Source of the DNA: Oxalobacteraceae bacterium
GTDB taxonomy: Bacteria; Pseudomonadota; Gammaproteobacteria; Burkholderiales; Burkholderiaceae_D
Assembly: GCA_947454475.1 (NCBI GenBank)
Contig: CANGLD010000002.1
Location: forward strand, 4,129 to 68,128
DNA: 64,000 bases
Reading direction: 5' to 3'
Numbering within the stretch: position 1 is the stretch's first letter; every line of letters starts with the position of its first letter. Under the pieces are notes generated by a model. The model was given only the letters and a program-made list of their open reading frames with translations. It did not search any database and was not told the origin of the DNA. Of the stretch, positions 53,763 through 64,000 are shown in pieces. Position numbers and translations under genes: made by a program.

Positions 53763-55826
53763 ATGAGTAAGGCAATTAATCATCAAGGTCGTTCAAGAAT
53801 TACATATCGTTTAAATGAAGTGTCATCTGAAGGATCTAAAAGTAGTGATTCGAAAAATATTGATAATACAACTCCGAATGATTCTGAAGATAGCATAGTT
53901 GGAGAATCATCAAGAGACAGCATTGAACAAGAGTCTGATGACTCAATTAAATTAACGCCAATATTGAACAATGGTGAATTATTCAAAATACTCAGTAACA
54001 ATAGCCATTTCATTCAAAGCTGCAAAGATCATAATATAACTAAAGATGATCAAGAATTATTGAAAAATAATTTTAAACAATATATAGAAAAATACACCAG
54101 CTTTACCCAGAGAGAAATTGACCTTATCAATGAAAAAAAAGGGCTGCTTACTGAAGCTAAGCGTATGTCTTCAGACAATAGTTGTTGGTCGCAGGTGGTA
54201 ACGACTGGTAAGGCAGGCGCAGCTGCCTATGGAACATCTTTTATGCTAGGGAAGCTAGCTACTAATTTTGCTATTCCTGGCTTAGGGTCGCCACATGGAG
54301 TATGGCTGTTCTCGTTGATTGCGGGTTTATTAAACCCACTCCTTTCAGAGCCCATAGCAAATGCAATTCGTTTGCAAGGTGCGCATTATCCATCGCCTGA
54401 CGGTAAGGCTTACATGGATTTTAATTCTGTGCTTCAGGAATTACGTCTTGCTGAGGCAAATGACCAGATAGAGCGTATCAATCAATGCCATGAACTGATC
54501 AATAAAATTGTTCATGAATGTATTGAACGCGAAAAATTAATGCCTTATTTAAAATCAGGTATAAATAGCATTCAGGATGAAGATATCAACGGTTTAACAC
54601 AATTATGTGAAAAATCTGGCAATGTGCAGAAAGTGATTGAGGCAGCTAAGTGGCGAGCATTCATCACTGATGAATTACCTTTTATTTGGTTTACTTTCTT
54701 TTATATTTTAACGGGCGCAGCTTCGCCTTTAATTAAACAGTCATTCTCTCCATTTAAAGCAGCAACGGTTGATTTTTTTGTCAATGCGGTGGCGGGCGCT
54801 ATGGCCGGCTCTTTTACAGGTGTTTCTCAGAATTACTTGCGAAGCATCATTCAACAATCAACTTTGCAAAATTTGAGTTCAGCGATTAAAGGTGCGCAAC
54901 TTGCTGTCGCTGGCGCGCAGCGTGATGCATGGAATGAAAAGCATATTAATCTAAAAAAATTATTAGAGGTATTCCAGTTAGAAAAAAATAACTTACAACA
55001 ACCATTAGTGCAAGATAGTGAAGACGATAGTTTGGATAAAATAGATTATTTGATCCGAGATATTAAAATAAAAAGTAAAGATGCTGAAAAAAAATGGAAA
55101 AAAGCTAGATCATTACATAATCACCATGAATCTAGTTTAAGAAGAATGAAGAGTACAGTGCTTGCCTCAGGTAAGTCTTATATGGGCGAGGTGAGTAATA
55201 AAGAACAGCCTGGTTTATTAGAGGGTGTTCCTGCTCAAGCAATGATTTGTGCAAAATTAATTGCTGCGCCAATATCGTTAGTGGTTAACTGCAGTTATAT
55301 TGCTTTTGGTATTCCAGCATTATTAAATTTAGTCAATGATCATGTAATAAATGGACTGGCTACGAATTCAACAGACTTAGGTGGCTTTGGAAATGAAACA
55401 CATTCAAATCCGAATGATCCGACAGGTGTGTTTAATTTAGGAACGAGTGCGATATATGCAGCAGCGGGTTTACCTTTAATTGCGGGATTCGTTACGCGCT
55501 ATCAGTTATTACATCCCACCATACAATATTGGATTCGACCTTTGTTTGGTGCTGTAAAAAATGATACGGTGACCAACGTGCAGAAGTTTAACGATGATGA
55601 TTCGTCAATTGTAGGAGAAGAATCATCAGTCGTTGTAGAGGCATCCGTGGCTGATGTAGATCCAGAAAATAGTCCTCAGTCGCGGCGTGAGATAAAGAAA
55701 TTAAATGCGCTCGTCAAACAAGAAAAAAGATCTCAATATCGCAATATAGACGGTCAAACTAGTGATGATTCAGATACGGATGATACGGTTGAATCATCAG
55801 AATCATCAGAATCTAGCATTGTATGA
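53763..55826 (+). CDS. Putative membrane-associated secreted effector; paralog of 50337
   Basis: ITDELPF vs ITDDVPF, PGLG, GFVTR vs GFLTR; acidic Ser-rich termini; ends SSIV. Confidence 0.6.
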   Translation: MSKAINHQGRSRITYRLNEVSSEGSKSSDSKNIDNTTPNDSEDSIVGESSRDSIEQESDDSIKLTPILNNGELFKILSNNSHFIQSCKDHNITKDDQELLKNNFKQYIEKYTSFTQREIDLINEKKGLLTEAKRMSSDNSCWSQVVTTGKAGAAAYGTSFMLGKLATNFAIPGLGSPHGVWLFSLIAGLLNPLLSEPIANAIRLQGAHYPSPDGKAYMDFNSVLQELRLAEANDQIERINQCHELINKIVHECIEREKLMPYLKSGINSIQDEDINGLTQLCEKSGNVQKVIEAAKWRAFITDELPFIWFTFFYILTGAASPLIKQSFSPFKAATVDFFVNAVAGAMAGSFTGVSQNYLRSIIQQSTLQNLSSAIKGAQLAVAGAQRDAWNEKHINLKKLLEVFQLEKNNLQQPLVQDSEDDSLDKIDYLIRDIKIKSKDAEKKWKKARSLHNHHESSLRRMKSTVLASGKSYMGEVSNKEQPGLLEGVPAQAMICAKLIAAPISLVVNCSYIAFGIPALLNLVNDHVINGLATNSTDLGGFGNETHSNPNDPTGVFNLGTSAIYAAAGLPLIAGFVTRYQLLHPTIQYWIRPLFGAVKNDTVTNVQKFNDDDSSIVGEESSVVVEASVADVDPENSPQSRREIKKLNALVKQEKRSQYRNIDGQTSDDSDTDDTVESSESSESSIV

Positions 55827-55831
55827 GGCTC

Positions 55832-56317
55832 TTATGCACTCAGCAATTTTTCTATATCTTGTTTCATGCTTTCAGGTGAGGTAGTACTGGCATAGCGATC
55901 ATAAACATTGCCATCTTTGCCGACTAAAAATTTAGTGAAATTCCATTTAATGCCTTCGGTGCCTAATACGCCGGGGGCATTTTTCTTTAAGTAGTTAAAT
56001 AGAGGGTGGGCATTGTCGCCATTCACATCTACTTTTTCAAAGAGTTGAAAAGAGACACCATAGTTTTTTTCACAAAATGCCCCGATTTCATCGGCTGAAC
56101 CTGGTTCTTGAGCTCCGAACTGATTGCAAGGAAATCCCAAGACAACGAGGCCTTGATCTTTAAATTCTTCATGCAATGCTTCAAGACCTTTGTATTGGGG
56201 TGTGAAGCCACATTTGCTCGCTGTATTAACAATTAATAAAACCTTGCCACGATAATCTGCCAGTGTAGCTGTCTGACCTGATAGGGTAGTAGCGCTAAAA
56301 TCATAAAGTGAGCTCAT
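55832..56317 (-). CDS. Glutathione peroxidase
   Basis: VNTASKCGFTPQY, GFPCNQFG, WNFTKFL. Confidence 0.95.
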   Translation of the reverse strand: MSSLYDFSATTLSGQTATLADYRGKVLLIVNTASKCGFTPQYKGLEALHEEFKDQGLVVLGFPCNQFGAQEPGSADEIGAFCEKNYGVSFQLFEKVDVNGDNAHPLFNYLKKNAPGVLGTEGIKWNFTKFLVGKDGNVYDRYASTTSPESMKQDIEKLLSA

Positions 56318-56409
56318 AGTCTTGTCCTTTATTGAGAATTGATGCTGACAATGTTAGCAGTGGATCCAGCTTTCTGCTTGTCGGCAAACATGAGAGATAA
56401 TGCGGCATC

Positions 56410-57111
56410 ATGTCACTCTCAGAAAATTTGCAACTCGTGCAACATCGCATCGCCCTCAGTGCTGAGGCAGCGGGTCGCGATCCCTCATCGATAACTTTGC
56501 TTGCGGTCTCAAAAACCTTTGATGCGCAGTCTGTTTTGACTGCTGCGCAAGCAGGGCAACGCACTTTTGGTGAAAATTATGTACAAGAGGCGATAGACAA
56601 AATCGCTGCCACGCTAGCGATTAAGCCTGATTTGCACTTGGAATGGCATTTCATAGGACCGATACAAAGTAATAAAACACGTCAGATTGCTGAGCATTTT
56701 GACTGGGTACATTCAGTTGACCGGTTAAAGATTGCGCAGCGCTTGTCTGAGCAAAGACCAGCAAGCATGCCGCCTTTGCAAATTTGTTTGCAGGTGAATG
56801 TCAGTGGCGAAGCAACAAAAAGTGGGATAGAGCCAGAGGCACTACTGGAATTAGCGCGTGAAGTAAGTGTATTACCAAATATTTGTTTGCGAGGATTGAT
56901 GGCTATTCCTGAGCCGACTGAAGATGTACAACAACAGCGTGCTGCTTTTGCATCATTACGATTAATGCAGGGTGACTTACTGGCTGCAGGCATACAAACA
57001 GATACGCTCTCTATGGGCATGTCATCCGATATGGATGCTGCGATTGCTGAAGGCGCAACCATAGTCAGAATTGGTACGGCGATTTTTGGAGTAAGAGATT
57101 ATGCAAAATAA
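56410..57111 (+). CDS. yggS: PLP homeostasis protein YggS
   Basis: LAVSK, FGENYVQE, WHFIG, LSMGMS. Confidence 0.95.
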   Translation: MSLSENLQLVQHRIALSAEAAGRDPSSITLLAVSKTFDAQSVLTAAQAGQRTFGENYVQEAIDKIAATLAIKPDLHLEWHFIGPIQSNKTRQIAEHFDWVHSVDRLKIAQRLSEQRPASMPPLQICLQVNVSGEATKSGIEPEALLELAREVSVLPNICLRGLMAIPEPTEDVQQQRAAFASLRLMQGDLLAAGIQTDTLSMGMSSDMDAAIAEGATIVRIGTAIFGVRDYAK

Positions 57112-57925
57112 TGTGAAGATAAGTTTTATCGGCGGCGGCAATATGGCGCAAGCTTTAATTGGTGGCTTAGCAGATAAACTCACAGTAGCAAAAAATATTC
57201 ATGTGGTGGACATCAACGCACAAGCATTATCGCAATGCGAGCAGCAATTTGGCGTATCAACTGCCTTGCAAGTTGATGCAGGCATTGCAGCTGCAGATGT
57301 ATGGGTATTGGCAGTCAAGCCACAGCAAATGCATGAAGTCGTAGCTAGCCTGCTGCCCCATCTTAAAAATCAATTAATCATTTCAATTGCAGCGGGCATA
57401 CGTGCTGAAGATTTATCACGTTGGTTGGGTGGACATAAAGCCATAGTCCGTACTATGCCCAACACACCTGCCTTGATAGGAAAAGGCATTACAGGATTAG
57501 TCGCGCTATCAGGCGTGACGAGTGAGCAAAAGCAGATTGCAAATGCCATTATGCAGGCAGTGGGTGATACGGTTTGGATAGAACAAGAAGAACAAATCAA
57601 TGCGGTGACCGCAGTTTCTGGTAGTGGCCCTGCGTATGTTTTTTATTTTCTAGAGGCGATGCAAGCTGCCGCAATAGAATTAGGTTTATCGGCTGAGCAG
57701 GGCAAACAACTTGCGCTTGCCACTTTTGCAGGTGCGACTGAGTTAGCAGCTCATTCAGATCAGACGCTAGCGCAATTGCGTGAGAATGTGACTTCAAAAG
57801 GCGGTACGACTTATGCTGCGCTCACTGCTATGCAAAATAATAAAGTTGCGCAATCTATTATTGAAGCTTTACATGCTGCAGCTCAGCGAGGTGAGGAATT
57901 GGGTGTGGAGTTTGGAAAAAATTAA
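57101..57925 (+). CDS. proC: Pyrroline-5-carboxylate reductase
   Basis: FIGGGNM, RTMPNTP, SGSGPAY, VTSKGGTT. Confidence 0.96.
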   Translation: MQNNVKISFIGGGNMAQALIGGLADKLTVAKNIHVVDINAQALSQCEQQFGVSTALQVDAGIAAADVWVLAVKPQQMHEVVASLLPHLKNQLIISIAAGIRAEDLSRWLGGHKAIVRTMPNTPALIGKGITGLVALSGVTSEQKQIANAIMQAVGDTVWIEQEEQINAVTAVSGSGPAYVFYFLEAMQAAAIELGLSAEQGKQLALATFAGATELAAHSDQTLAQLRENVTSKGGTTYAALTAMQNNKVAQSIIEALHAAAQRGEELGVEFGKN

Positions 57926-57936
57926 ATCGTCATGAT

Positions 57937-58980
57937 TTAAGATAAAAAATTTTCTGGTGCTTTAGCTGCACTGCGTGCTGTACTCATAGTAATTTTTTTT
58001 GCTTTCACTAAATCCATTAAGCAGGCATCCATCGTTTGCATACCGAGATTTGTACCGGTTTGTATGGCGGAATACATTTGCGCTACTTTCGCTTCGCGTA
58101 TTAAATTTCTTATTGCTGGTGTGCCCAGCATAATTTCATGGGCGGCCAAACGTCCTTTGCCATCTGCAGTCTTTAATAAGATTTGTGAGATCACAGCTTG
58201 TAATGATTCAGATAGCATGGCGCGTACCATTTCTTTTTCATCACCGGGAAATACATCAATAATCCTATCAATGGTTTTCGCTGCAGAGACGGTATGTAAA
58301 GTGCCAAATACTAAATGCCCAGTTTCTGCTGCTGTTAATGCTAAACGTATAGTTTCTAAGTCGCGTAATTCCCCGACTAAAATCACATCAGGATCTTCAC
58401 GCAAGGCAGATCGTAACGCGGCTGCAAAAGAATGCGTGTGCACAGCAAGTTCGCGCTGATTAATTAAACTTTTTTTAGGTTGATGTAAAAACTCAATAGG
58501 GTCTTCAACAGTCAATATGTGAGCATATTCATGTTCATTCACATGATTCACCATCGCAGCGAGGGTGGTGGATTTGCCTGACCCAGTCGGGCCAGTCACC
58601 AACACTAATCCACGTGGACGTAATGCTAAGTCGCCAAATAAAGTAGGCGCATGCAGATCTTGTAGCGTAATGATTTTAGATGGAATAGTGCGCAAAACTG
58701 CTGCTGCACCACGATGTTGATGAAAAGCGTTCACACGAAAGCGCGCTAGATTTGGGATCTCAAAAGAAAAATCGACTTCCAGGTGGCTTGCATAATTTTT
58801 TCTTAAGTCATCACTCATGATGTCAATCAACATCGCTTGCACTTCATGATGTTCCATAGCAGGTAAGTTAATTTTTTTAACTTCGCCGTGCACACGTATC
58901 ATAGGTGGCATGCCTGCTGATAAATGGAGATCAGATGCTTGATGTTGGACTGAGAATGCAAGCAGCTCGGAAATTGTCAT
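57937..58980 (-). CDS. pilT: Type IV pilus retraction ATPase PilT
   Basis: GPTGSGKSTT, EDPIE, AIRNLIRE, GMQT. Confidence 0.95.
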   Translation of the reverse strand: MTISELLAFSVQHQASDLHLSAGMPPMIRVHGEVKKINLPAMEHHEVQAMLIDIMSDDLRKNYASHLEVDFSFEIPNLARFRVNAFHQHRGAAAVLRTIPSKIITLQDLHAPTLFGDLALRPRGLVLVTGPTGSGKSTTLAAMVNHVNEHEYAHILTVEDPIEFLHQPKKSLINQRELAVHTHSFAAALRSALREDPDVILVGELRDLETIRLALTAAETGHLVFGTLHTVSAAKTIDRIIDVFPGDEKEMVRAMLSESLQAVISQILLKTADGKGRLAAHEIMLGTPAIRNLIREAKVAQMYSAIQTGTNLGMQTMDACLMDLVKAKKITMSTARSAAKAPENFLS

Positions 58981-59132
58981 GATAGTTAATTGGGTTATGT
59001 AGAGAAAATCGCGCTACGGCTAATGAGTGGCGCGCGCAATTATCTGTCGCACTCGTGGCGACTAACAAGACAATCTGGTTGAAAGGGAGTGCGTTGTTGT
59101 GTAGAGGCGGCAAAGCCTAGAGGTGCGTTTGT

Positions 59133-60002
59133 TTAACCCAAAACAAAGCCAAGAAATACTGCTGCACCTAGCCAGTTATTATGTCTAAAGGCAGCAAAGC
59201 ATTGCATACGATCACGATGACGTATCAGTGTCCAATGATAAAGCGCGATGCCTGTAGCTATCAGCATACCGATAGCAAATCCTAATCTCATACCAGCCTG
59301 CCAACCAACCCAAGCAATCAAACTTAAACTGGCTGCATAACATAGCATGACAGCGATGACATCAAAACGACCAAAGGTAATGGCAGAAGTACGTATACCT
59401 ATTTTTATATCATCATCACGATCTACCATGGCATATTCAGTGTCATAGGCAAGTGCCCAGAATACATTCGCGAGTAATAACAACCATGCTTGGTTAGGTA
59501 CGGTATTTTGAACTGCGGCATATGCCATAGGTATACCAAAACCAAAAGCAATACCGAGATAGGCTTGTGGTAAAGCGAAGAAGCGTTTGAAATAAGGATA
59601 GCTTGCAGCGATCAATACAGCCACAAGTGATAACAGTTTAGTTAAATCATTGAGTGGCAAGATGAGTGCAAAAGAGAGCAGCGCAAACAATGCTGCGATG
59701 AGTAGTGCTTCACGTCCTGAAATTTTTCCGCTAGTAAGTGGTCTATCTGCAGTACGTTTTACATGCTTATCAAATTCTTGATCGGCATAATCATTCACAG
59801 CGCAACCTGCAGAACGCATGAGCACAGTGCCAAGTGAAAAAATCATTATCAATTGCAGTGATGGTTTACCAGCACTTGCTAACCATAACGCTGATAATGT
59901 TGGCCAGAGCAATAACAAACTGCCTATAGGTTTATCTAGTCGGACTAATTTTGCATAGAGAGCTAGCTTATGCCAGATTGCTGATTGCAAAAGTCGATTC
60001 AT
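59133..60002 (-). CDS. ubiA: 4-hydroxybenzoate octaprenyltransferase
   Basis: [31 protein letters not shown]. Confidence 0.96.
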   Translation of the reverse strand: MNRLLQSAIWHKLALYAKLVRLDKPIGSLLLLWPTLSALWLASAGKPSLQLIMIFSLGTVLMRSAGCAVNDYADQEFDKHVKRTADRPLTSGKISGREALLIAALFALLSFALILPLNDLTKLLSLVAVLIAASYPYFKRFFALPQAYLGIAFGFGIPMAYAAVQNTVPNQAWLLLLANVFWALAYDTEYAMVDRDDDIKIGIRTSAITFGRFDVIAVMLCYAASLSLIAWVGWQAGMRLGFAIGMLIATGIALYHWTLIRHRDRMQCFAAFRHNNWLGAAVFLGFVLG

Positions 60003-60029
60003 AGATTGTAGTAATCAGTTTGGTATAAA

Positions 60030-60977
60030 TTAGCTTGTGGTATGCGCAGCATCGGGTAACATCGTCACGCCGTGTAGATTACATTTAAGAACGGCTTGTC
60101 GCACTGCTTCGATGGCTCCGCTACGCGTAAAACTTTTACGCCATGCGATGACGACGCGACGCGAAGGTAAGGGTTGTTCAAATGGTATATAGCGCAACAT
60201 ACTATCGGGATCAGTGATGCTAGGTGTGGATGCTTTAGGCAAAACCGTAATGCCTATCCCGGATGCCACCATATGTCGTATGGTTTCTAATGAGGAGCCT
60301 TCAAAGGTGCGTGCAATGCCAGCGCCAGAATTCGAGAAGCGCGACATTTCAGGACACACTTCTAATACTTGATCACGGAAGCAATGGCCTGCACCTAATA
60401 GCAACATAGTTTCAGTTTTTAAATCCGCACTACTAATTGCACTTCTGTTTGCCCATTGATGTTGTCTAGGCATAGCAACCACAAACGGTTCATCGTAAAG
60501 AGGTTGCACCATTAATCCTTGTTCAGGAAAGGGTAAAGCCATGATGGCAGCATCTAATTCACCTGAACGCAGTAATTCAATTAAACGTACTGTAAAGTTT
60601 TCTTGCAAGACTAAAGGCATTTGTGGCACTTCTTCTATCATCGTGCGCACAAGTTGCGGTAACAGATAAGGTGCAATCGTATAGATAATGCCTAGACGTA
60701 AAGGACCAACGAGAGGATCTTTATTTTGTTTAGCAATATTTTTTATGGTGGCTGTTTGTTCCAGCACATGCTCAGCTTGGGCAATGATTTGTTCACCTAT
60801 AGGTGTAACAGACACTTCAGTGCCACCACGTTCAAAAATAGGTACGCCGAGTTCGTCTTCTAATTTTTTAATTGCAACCGACAAGGTAGGCTGAGCGACA
60901 AAGCAGGCTTCGGCCGCACGACCAAAATGTTTTTCGCGGGCGACGGCAACGATGTATTTAAGTTCTGTGAGAGTCAT
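60030..60977 (-). CDS. oxyR: Hydrogen peroxide-responsive LysR regulator
   Basis: GHCFRDQVLEVC redox Cys pair; adjacent to recG. Confidence 0.9.
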   Translation of the reverse strand: MTLTELKYIVAVAREKHFGRAAEACFVAQPTLSVAIKKLEDELGVPIFERGGTEVSVTPIGEQIIAQAEHVLEQTATIKNIAKQNKDPLVGPLRLGIIYTIAPYLLPQLVRTMIEEVPQMPLVLQENFTVRLIELLRSGELDAAIMALPFPEQGLMVQPLYDEPFVVAMPRQHQWANRSAISSADLKTETMLLLGAGHCFRDQVLEVCPEMSRFSNSGAGIARTFEGSSLETIRHMVASGIGITVLPKASTPSITDPDSMLRYIPFEQPLPSRRVVIAWRKSFTRSGAIEAVRQAVLKCNLHGVTMLPDAAHTTS

Positions 60978-61034
60978 GCTGTTAGTTTCGCATAATCGGT
61001 AAGTCTGAGGGAAGGCAGCATCATAGGTGCCACA

Positions 61035-63089
61035 TCATACGCGCAGAAAATCTTCGCGCGAACCTAACCAACGGGCTAAGTGGGCTTCTGCAATATCTTT
61101 GTGATGCAATAGTAAATCAGCGGCAAGGTCACGTGCTTTTTCAACCAACCATTGATCTGTTTCTAAGTTAGCAAATCGCAGCATAGCTTGTCCTGATTGT
61201 CTGGCACCTAAAAACTCACCGGGACCACGAATTTCTAAATCGCGTCGTGCGATTTCAAAACCATCGGTGGTTTCACGCATGATGGCGAGTCTTTGCTTGG
61301 CTATCATCCCAAGTGGTGCTTGATACAGTAATAAGCAAACACTCGCTGCAGAGCCTCGACCAACGCGACCACGCAGTTGATGTAATTGTGACAGTCCAAA
61401 ACGTTCTGCATGTTCTATCACCATCAGCGAAGCATTCGGTACATCCACGCCGACTTCAATCACCGTGGTCGCAACGAGTAAATGTAATTCTCCACTTGCA
61501 AACGCATCCATCACTTGCTGCTTCTCTGCAGTTTTCAGCCGACCATGCACTAAACCTATACGTAGATCAGGGAGGGCAGCAGTCAGTGCTGCATAAGTAT
61601 CGGTTGCAGTTTGTAATTGCAAGGCTTCTGATTCTTCTATCAGCGGGCATACCCAATAGATTTGTTTGCCCTCGAGTGCTGCTGCATGTACACGTTCTAT
61701 CACTTCATCACGACGATCTTGATCTATCAGTCTCGTCATGATGGGCGTTCTACCGGGAGGTAGTTCATCAATCACCGAGACTTCTAAATCTGCGTAATAC
61801 GTCATGGCTAAGGTGCGAGGTATGGGTGTGGCAGACATCATTAGTTGATGTGGAATTTGATCGATACCTTTATTACGTAAAGTGAGTCTTTGCGCTACAC
61901 CAAAGCGATGTTGTTCATCGACGATGACTAAACCTAGACGAGCAAATAAGACATCATCTTGTATGAGTGCATGTGTACCTATGACGAGTTGTGCTGCGCC
62001 AGACTCTATGAGTGTACGCGCTGCTTCTTTCTCACGTTTTTTTAAACTACCTGTTAGCCATACAACTTGTACACCGAGTGGTTCTAACAGCGCTGCAATT
62101 TTTCTAAAATGCTGTTCTGCTAAAATTTCAGTCGGTGCCATTAGCACAGCTTGATAGCCATTATCAATCGCTTGCACGGCAGCGAGTGCGGCAACAATCG
62201 TTTTACCACTCCCTACATCGCCTTGTAATAAACGCTGCATAGGAAATGATGCAGCGATATCACTCCGAATTTCATCTAATACACGTTGTTGTGCACTTGT
62301 TAAAGCAAATGGTAAGGCCGCTCTGAATGCGTGACACAGTGAGCCTTGATGGCTGAGTGAAGGCGCACCTTGCTTGCGACGTGCAACTTGCGCGCGCTTC
62401 ATAGAAAGTTGTTGTGCGAGTAGTTCATCGAATTTAACGCGTGTCCAAGCTGGATGCGTGCGTTCCATTAAGGCATATTCATCGCAATCAGCAGGAGGAT
62501 TGTGTAATAAGCGTATAGCGGATTCAAACGGGATCAGTTGCAATTTATCGCGTAGTGCATCAGGTAGGGTGTCAGTAAAATCTATACGCGTAAGTGCCAA
62601 ACTAATCGCTTTGCGTAACAGAGTTTGCGATAAGCCTTCGCCAGCTGGATAAACAGGGGTTAAAGCTTGTGGTAAGACATCGCCTTCTTGCACGGCCTTC
62701 ACCACAGGATGCACCATCTCACTGCCAAAAAAACCATGTCGCATTTCGCCACGTATGCGCAAGCGCTTGCCTTCAGCCATTTGCACAGCTTGGCTGCCGT
62801 AAAAATTTAAAAATCGTAGAGTGAGTTCAGTCCCCTGATCTTGAACGGTGACGACTAATTGTCGACGCGGACGATATTGCACATCACAGGCGCTCACAAT
62901 TGCTTCGATTTGCACCGTGTGTCCTTGCATGCGGACAGCTACATTTAAAGGCGTTAAGGTAGTTTCATCTTCATAACGCATAGGCAAATGCAGCGCCAGC
63001 GCCATATCGGTAGATAAACCGAGGCGCGCTAATTTGTCTGCAGTGCGTAGACTTTTATTCGGAGCGGATTTTTTTTTCGTGACAGGCAT
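61035..63089 (-). CDS. recG: ATP-dependent DNA helicase RecG
   Basis: QGDVGSGKT, DEQHRFG, QLRGRVGR. Confidence 0.97.
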   Translation of the reverse strand: MPVTKKKSAPNKSLRTADKLARLGLSTDMALALHLPMRYEDETTLTPLNVAVRMQGHTVQIEAIVSACDVQYRPRRQLVVTVQDQGTELTLRFLNFYGSQAVQMAEGKRLRIRGEMRHGFFGSEMVHPVVKAVQEGDVLPQALTPVYPAGEGLSQTLLRKAISLALTRIDFTDTLPDALRDKLQLIPFESAIRLLHNPPADCDEYALMERTHPAWTRVKFDELLAQQLSMKRAQVARRKQGAPSLSHQGSLCHAFRAALPFALTSAQQRVLDEIRSDIAASFPMQRLLQGDVGSGKTIVAALAAVQAIDNGYQAVLMAPTEILAEQHFRKIAALLEPLGVQVVWLTGSLKKREKEAARTLIESGAAQLVIGTHALIQDDVLFARLGLVIVDEQHRFGVAQRLTLRNKGIDQIPHQLMMSATPIPRTLAMTYYADLEVSVIDELPPGRTPIMTRLIDQDRRDEVIERVHAAALEGKQIYWVCPLIEESEALQLQTATDTYAALTAALPDLRIGLVHGRLKTAEKQQVMDAFASGELHLLVATTVIEVGVDVPNASLMVIEHAERFGLSQLHQLRGRVGRGSAASVCLLLYQAPLGMIAKQRLAIMRETTDGFEIARRDLEIRGPGEFLGARQSGQAMLRFANLETDQWLVEKARDLAADLLLHHKDIAEAHLARWLGSREDFLRV

Positions 63090-63151
63090 AGAGGTGCGAT
63101 ATCGGCTAGCCAGCGTAGAATACCGGCTTTTGGCCTAGGTCTGCCAGTCTT

Positions 63152-64000
63152 GTGTATTCACTTTCTGATTTTAATTTCGATTTGCCGCCTGAGTTGATTG
63201 CGCAAGTGCCATTGGCATCGCGTTCAGCGTCCCGATTATTGCAAGTCAATCGGGATACCATCACCGATCGCAGCTTTACTGATTTGCCTAACTTATTGCA
63301 GGCAGGTGATGTGCTGGTCTTAAATAACACACGGGTATTGAAAGCGCGGTTTTTTGGTGTGAAAGAAACGGGCGGTAAAGTTGAAGTCTTAGTAGAACGT
63401 TTACTTGATACCCACACCGTATTAGCACAATGCCGTGCTTCAAAATCTCCGCCGCCAGGCACACGCATCAAATTAGCGGAGACCTTTGATGTCATTGTGG
63501 GTGAGCGTGTAGGTGAATTTTATACACTGACATTTCCTGAAAACGCGATTGACTTAATTGAAGCTCATGGTGCTTTACCTTTGCCACCTTATATAGAGCA
63601 TGCAGCAAATGAAGTTGATGCAGAGCGCTATCAAACGGTATTTGCGCAAGAGCCAGGTGCAGTGGCTGCACCTACGGCAGGACTGCATTTTGATCAAACG
63701 ATGATGGATGTTTTACGCACTCAGGGCGTGCAATTTGCCTACGTTACCTTGCATGTGGGAGCAGGTACTTTTCAGCCTGTGCGTACTGAAAATTTAGCTG
63801 AACACAACATGCATAGTGAGTGGTATTCCGTTTCAGAAGAAACCGTACAAATAATAAAAGCTACACAAGCAGCAGGTGGTCGTGTGATTGCTGTGGGTAC
63901 CACGAGTTTGCGCGCATTAGAAGCGGCTTCTCAGTCCGGCAAGCTGCAAGCAGGATCAGCTGAGACAAATTTATTTATTACGCCCGGTTATACATTTAAA
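63152..64000 (+). CDS. queA: S-adenosylmethionine:tRNA ribosyltransferase-isomerase (partial, runs off the window)
   Basis: Manual translation from GTG 63152: [18 protein letters not shown]...[27 protein letters not shown]. Confidence 0.93.
   Translation, partial: MYSLSDFNFDLPPELIAQVPLASRSASRLLQVNRDTITDRSFTDLPNLLQAGDVLVLNNTRVLKARFFGVKETGGKVEVLVERLLDTHTVLAQCRASKSPPPGTRIKLAETFDVIVGERVGEFYTLTFPENAIDLIEAHGALPLPPYIEHAANEVDAERYQTVFAQEPGAVAAPTAGLHFDQTMMDVLRTQGVQFAYVTLHVGAGTFQPVRTENLAEHNMHSEWYSVSEETVQIIKATQAAGGRVIAVGTTSLRALEAASQSGKLQAGSAETNLFITPGYTFK

Noticed and set aside
50337-55826. Hydrophobic proteins as T3SS translocators, or as toxin-immunity pairs
   Set aside because: The neighbours look like class I chaperones rather than TPR class II, they precede the large genes, and no toxin or T6SS domains are recognisable. 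Not fully excluded.
63106-63495. 129-aa minus-strand ORF, and the many other short antisense ORFs within core genes
   Set aside because: These are shadow ORFs opposite well-supported genes (here queA), with no recognisable motifs.

Overview
This is a core-genome window of a betaproteobacterium. Gene content and order look Oxalobacteraceae/Undibacterium-like, which is an inference. The housekeeping genes, in order, are tyrS-dtd-phosphatase-dusB-fis-purH-ruvCAB, valS, a TPP-riboswitch thiCSGDE operon, uvrD, thrB, polA, xseB-ispA-dxs, glcDEF, yggS-proC, pilT, ubiA, oxyR, recG and a partial queA. Three visibly AT-rich islets interrupt this backbone, and none carries an integrase or transposase. 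(1) 11.4-18.7 kb is a tandem array of four promoter-gene-terminator units, each encoding a eukaryote-like F-box + RNI-type LRR protein. (2) 23.4-26.9 kb holds two paralogous orphan proteins flanking a CesT/class I-like type III secretion chaperone. (3) 50.3-55.8 kb is a divergent mirror pair of chaperone + hydrophobic effector-like operons. Two features link the islets although their protein families are unrelated. One is a shared acidic Ser-rich peptide motif, (D/E)(D/E)SS(S)IV(E/G)xSS. The other is a shared HrpL/ECF-like promoter pattern, G(G/A)AACT-N15/16-NNACTNA. Together they suggest a dispersed, co-regulated repertoire of undescribed secreted effectors aimed at a eukaryotic host. The secretion apparatus and sigma factor are not in this window, so that interpretation remains inference.
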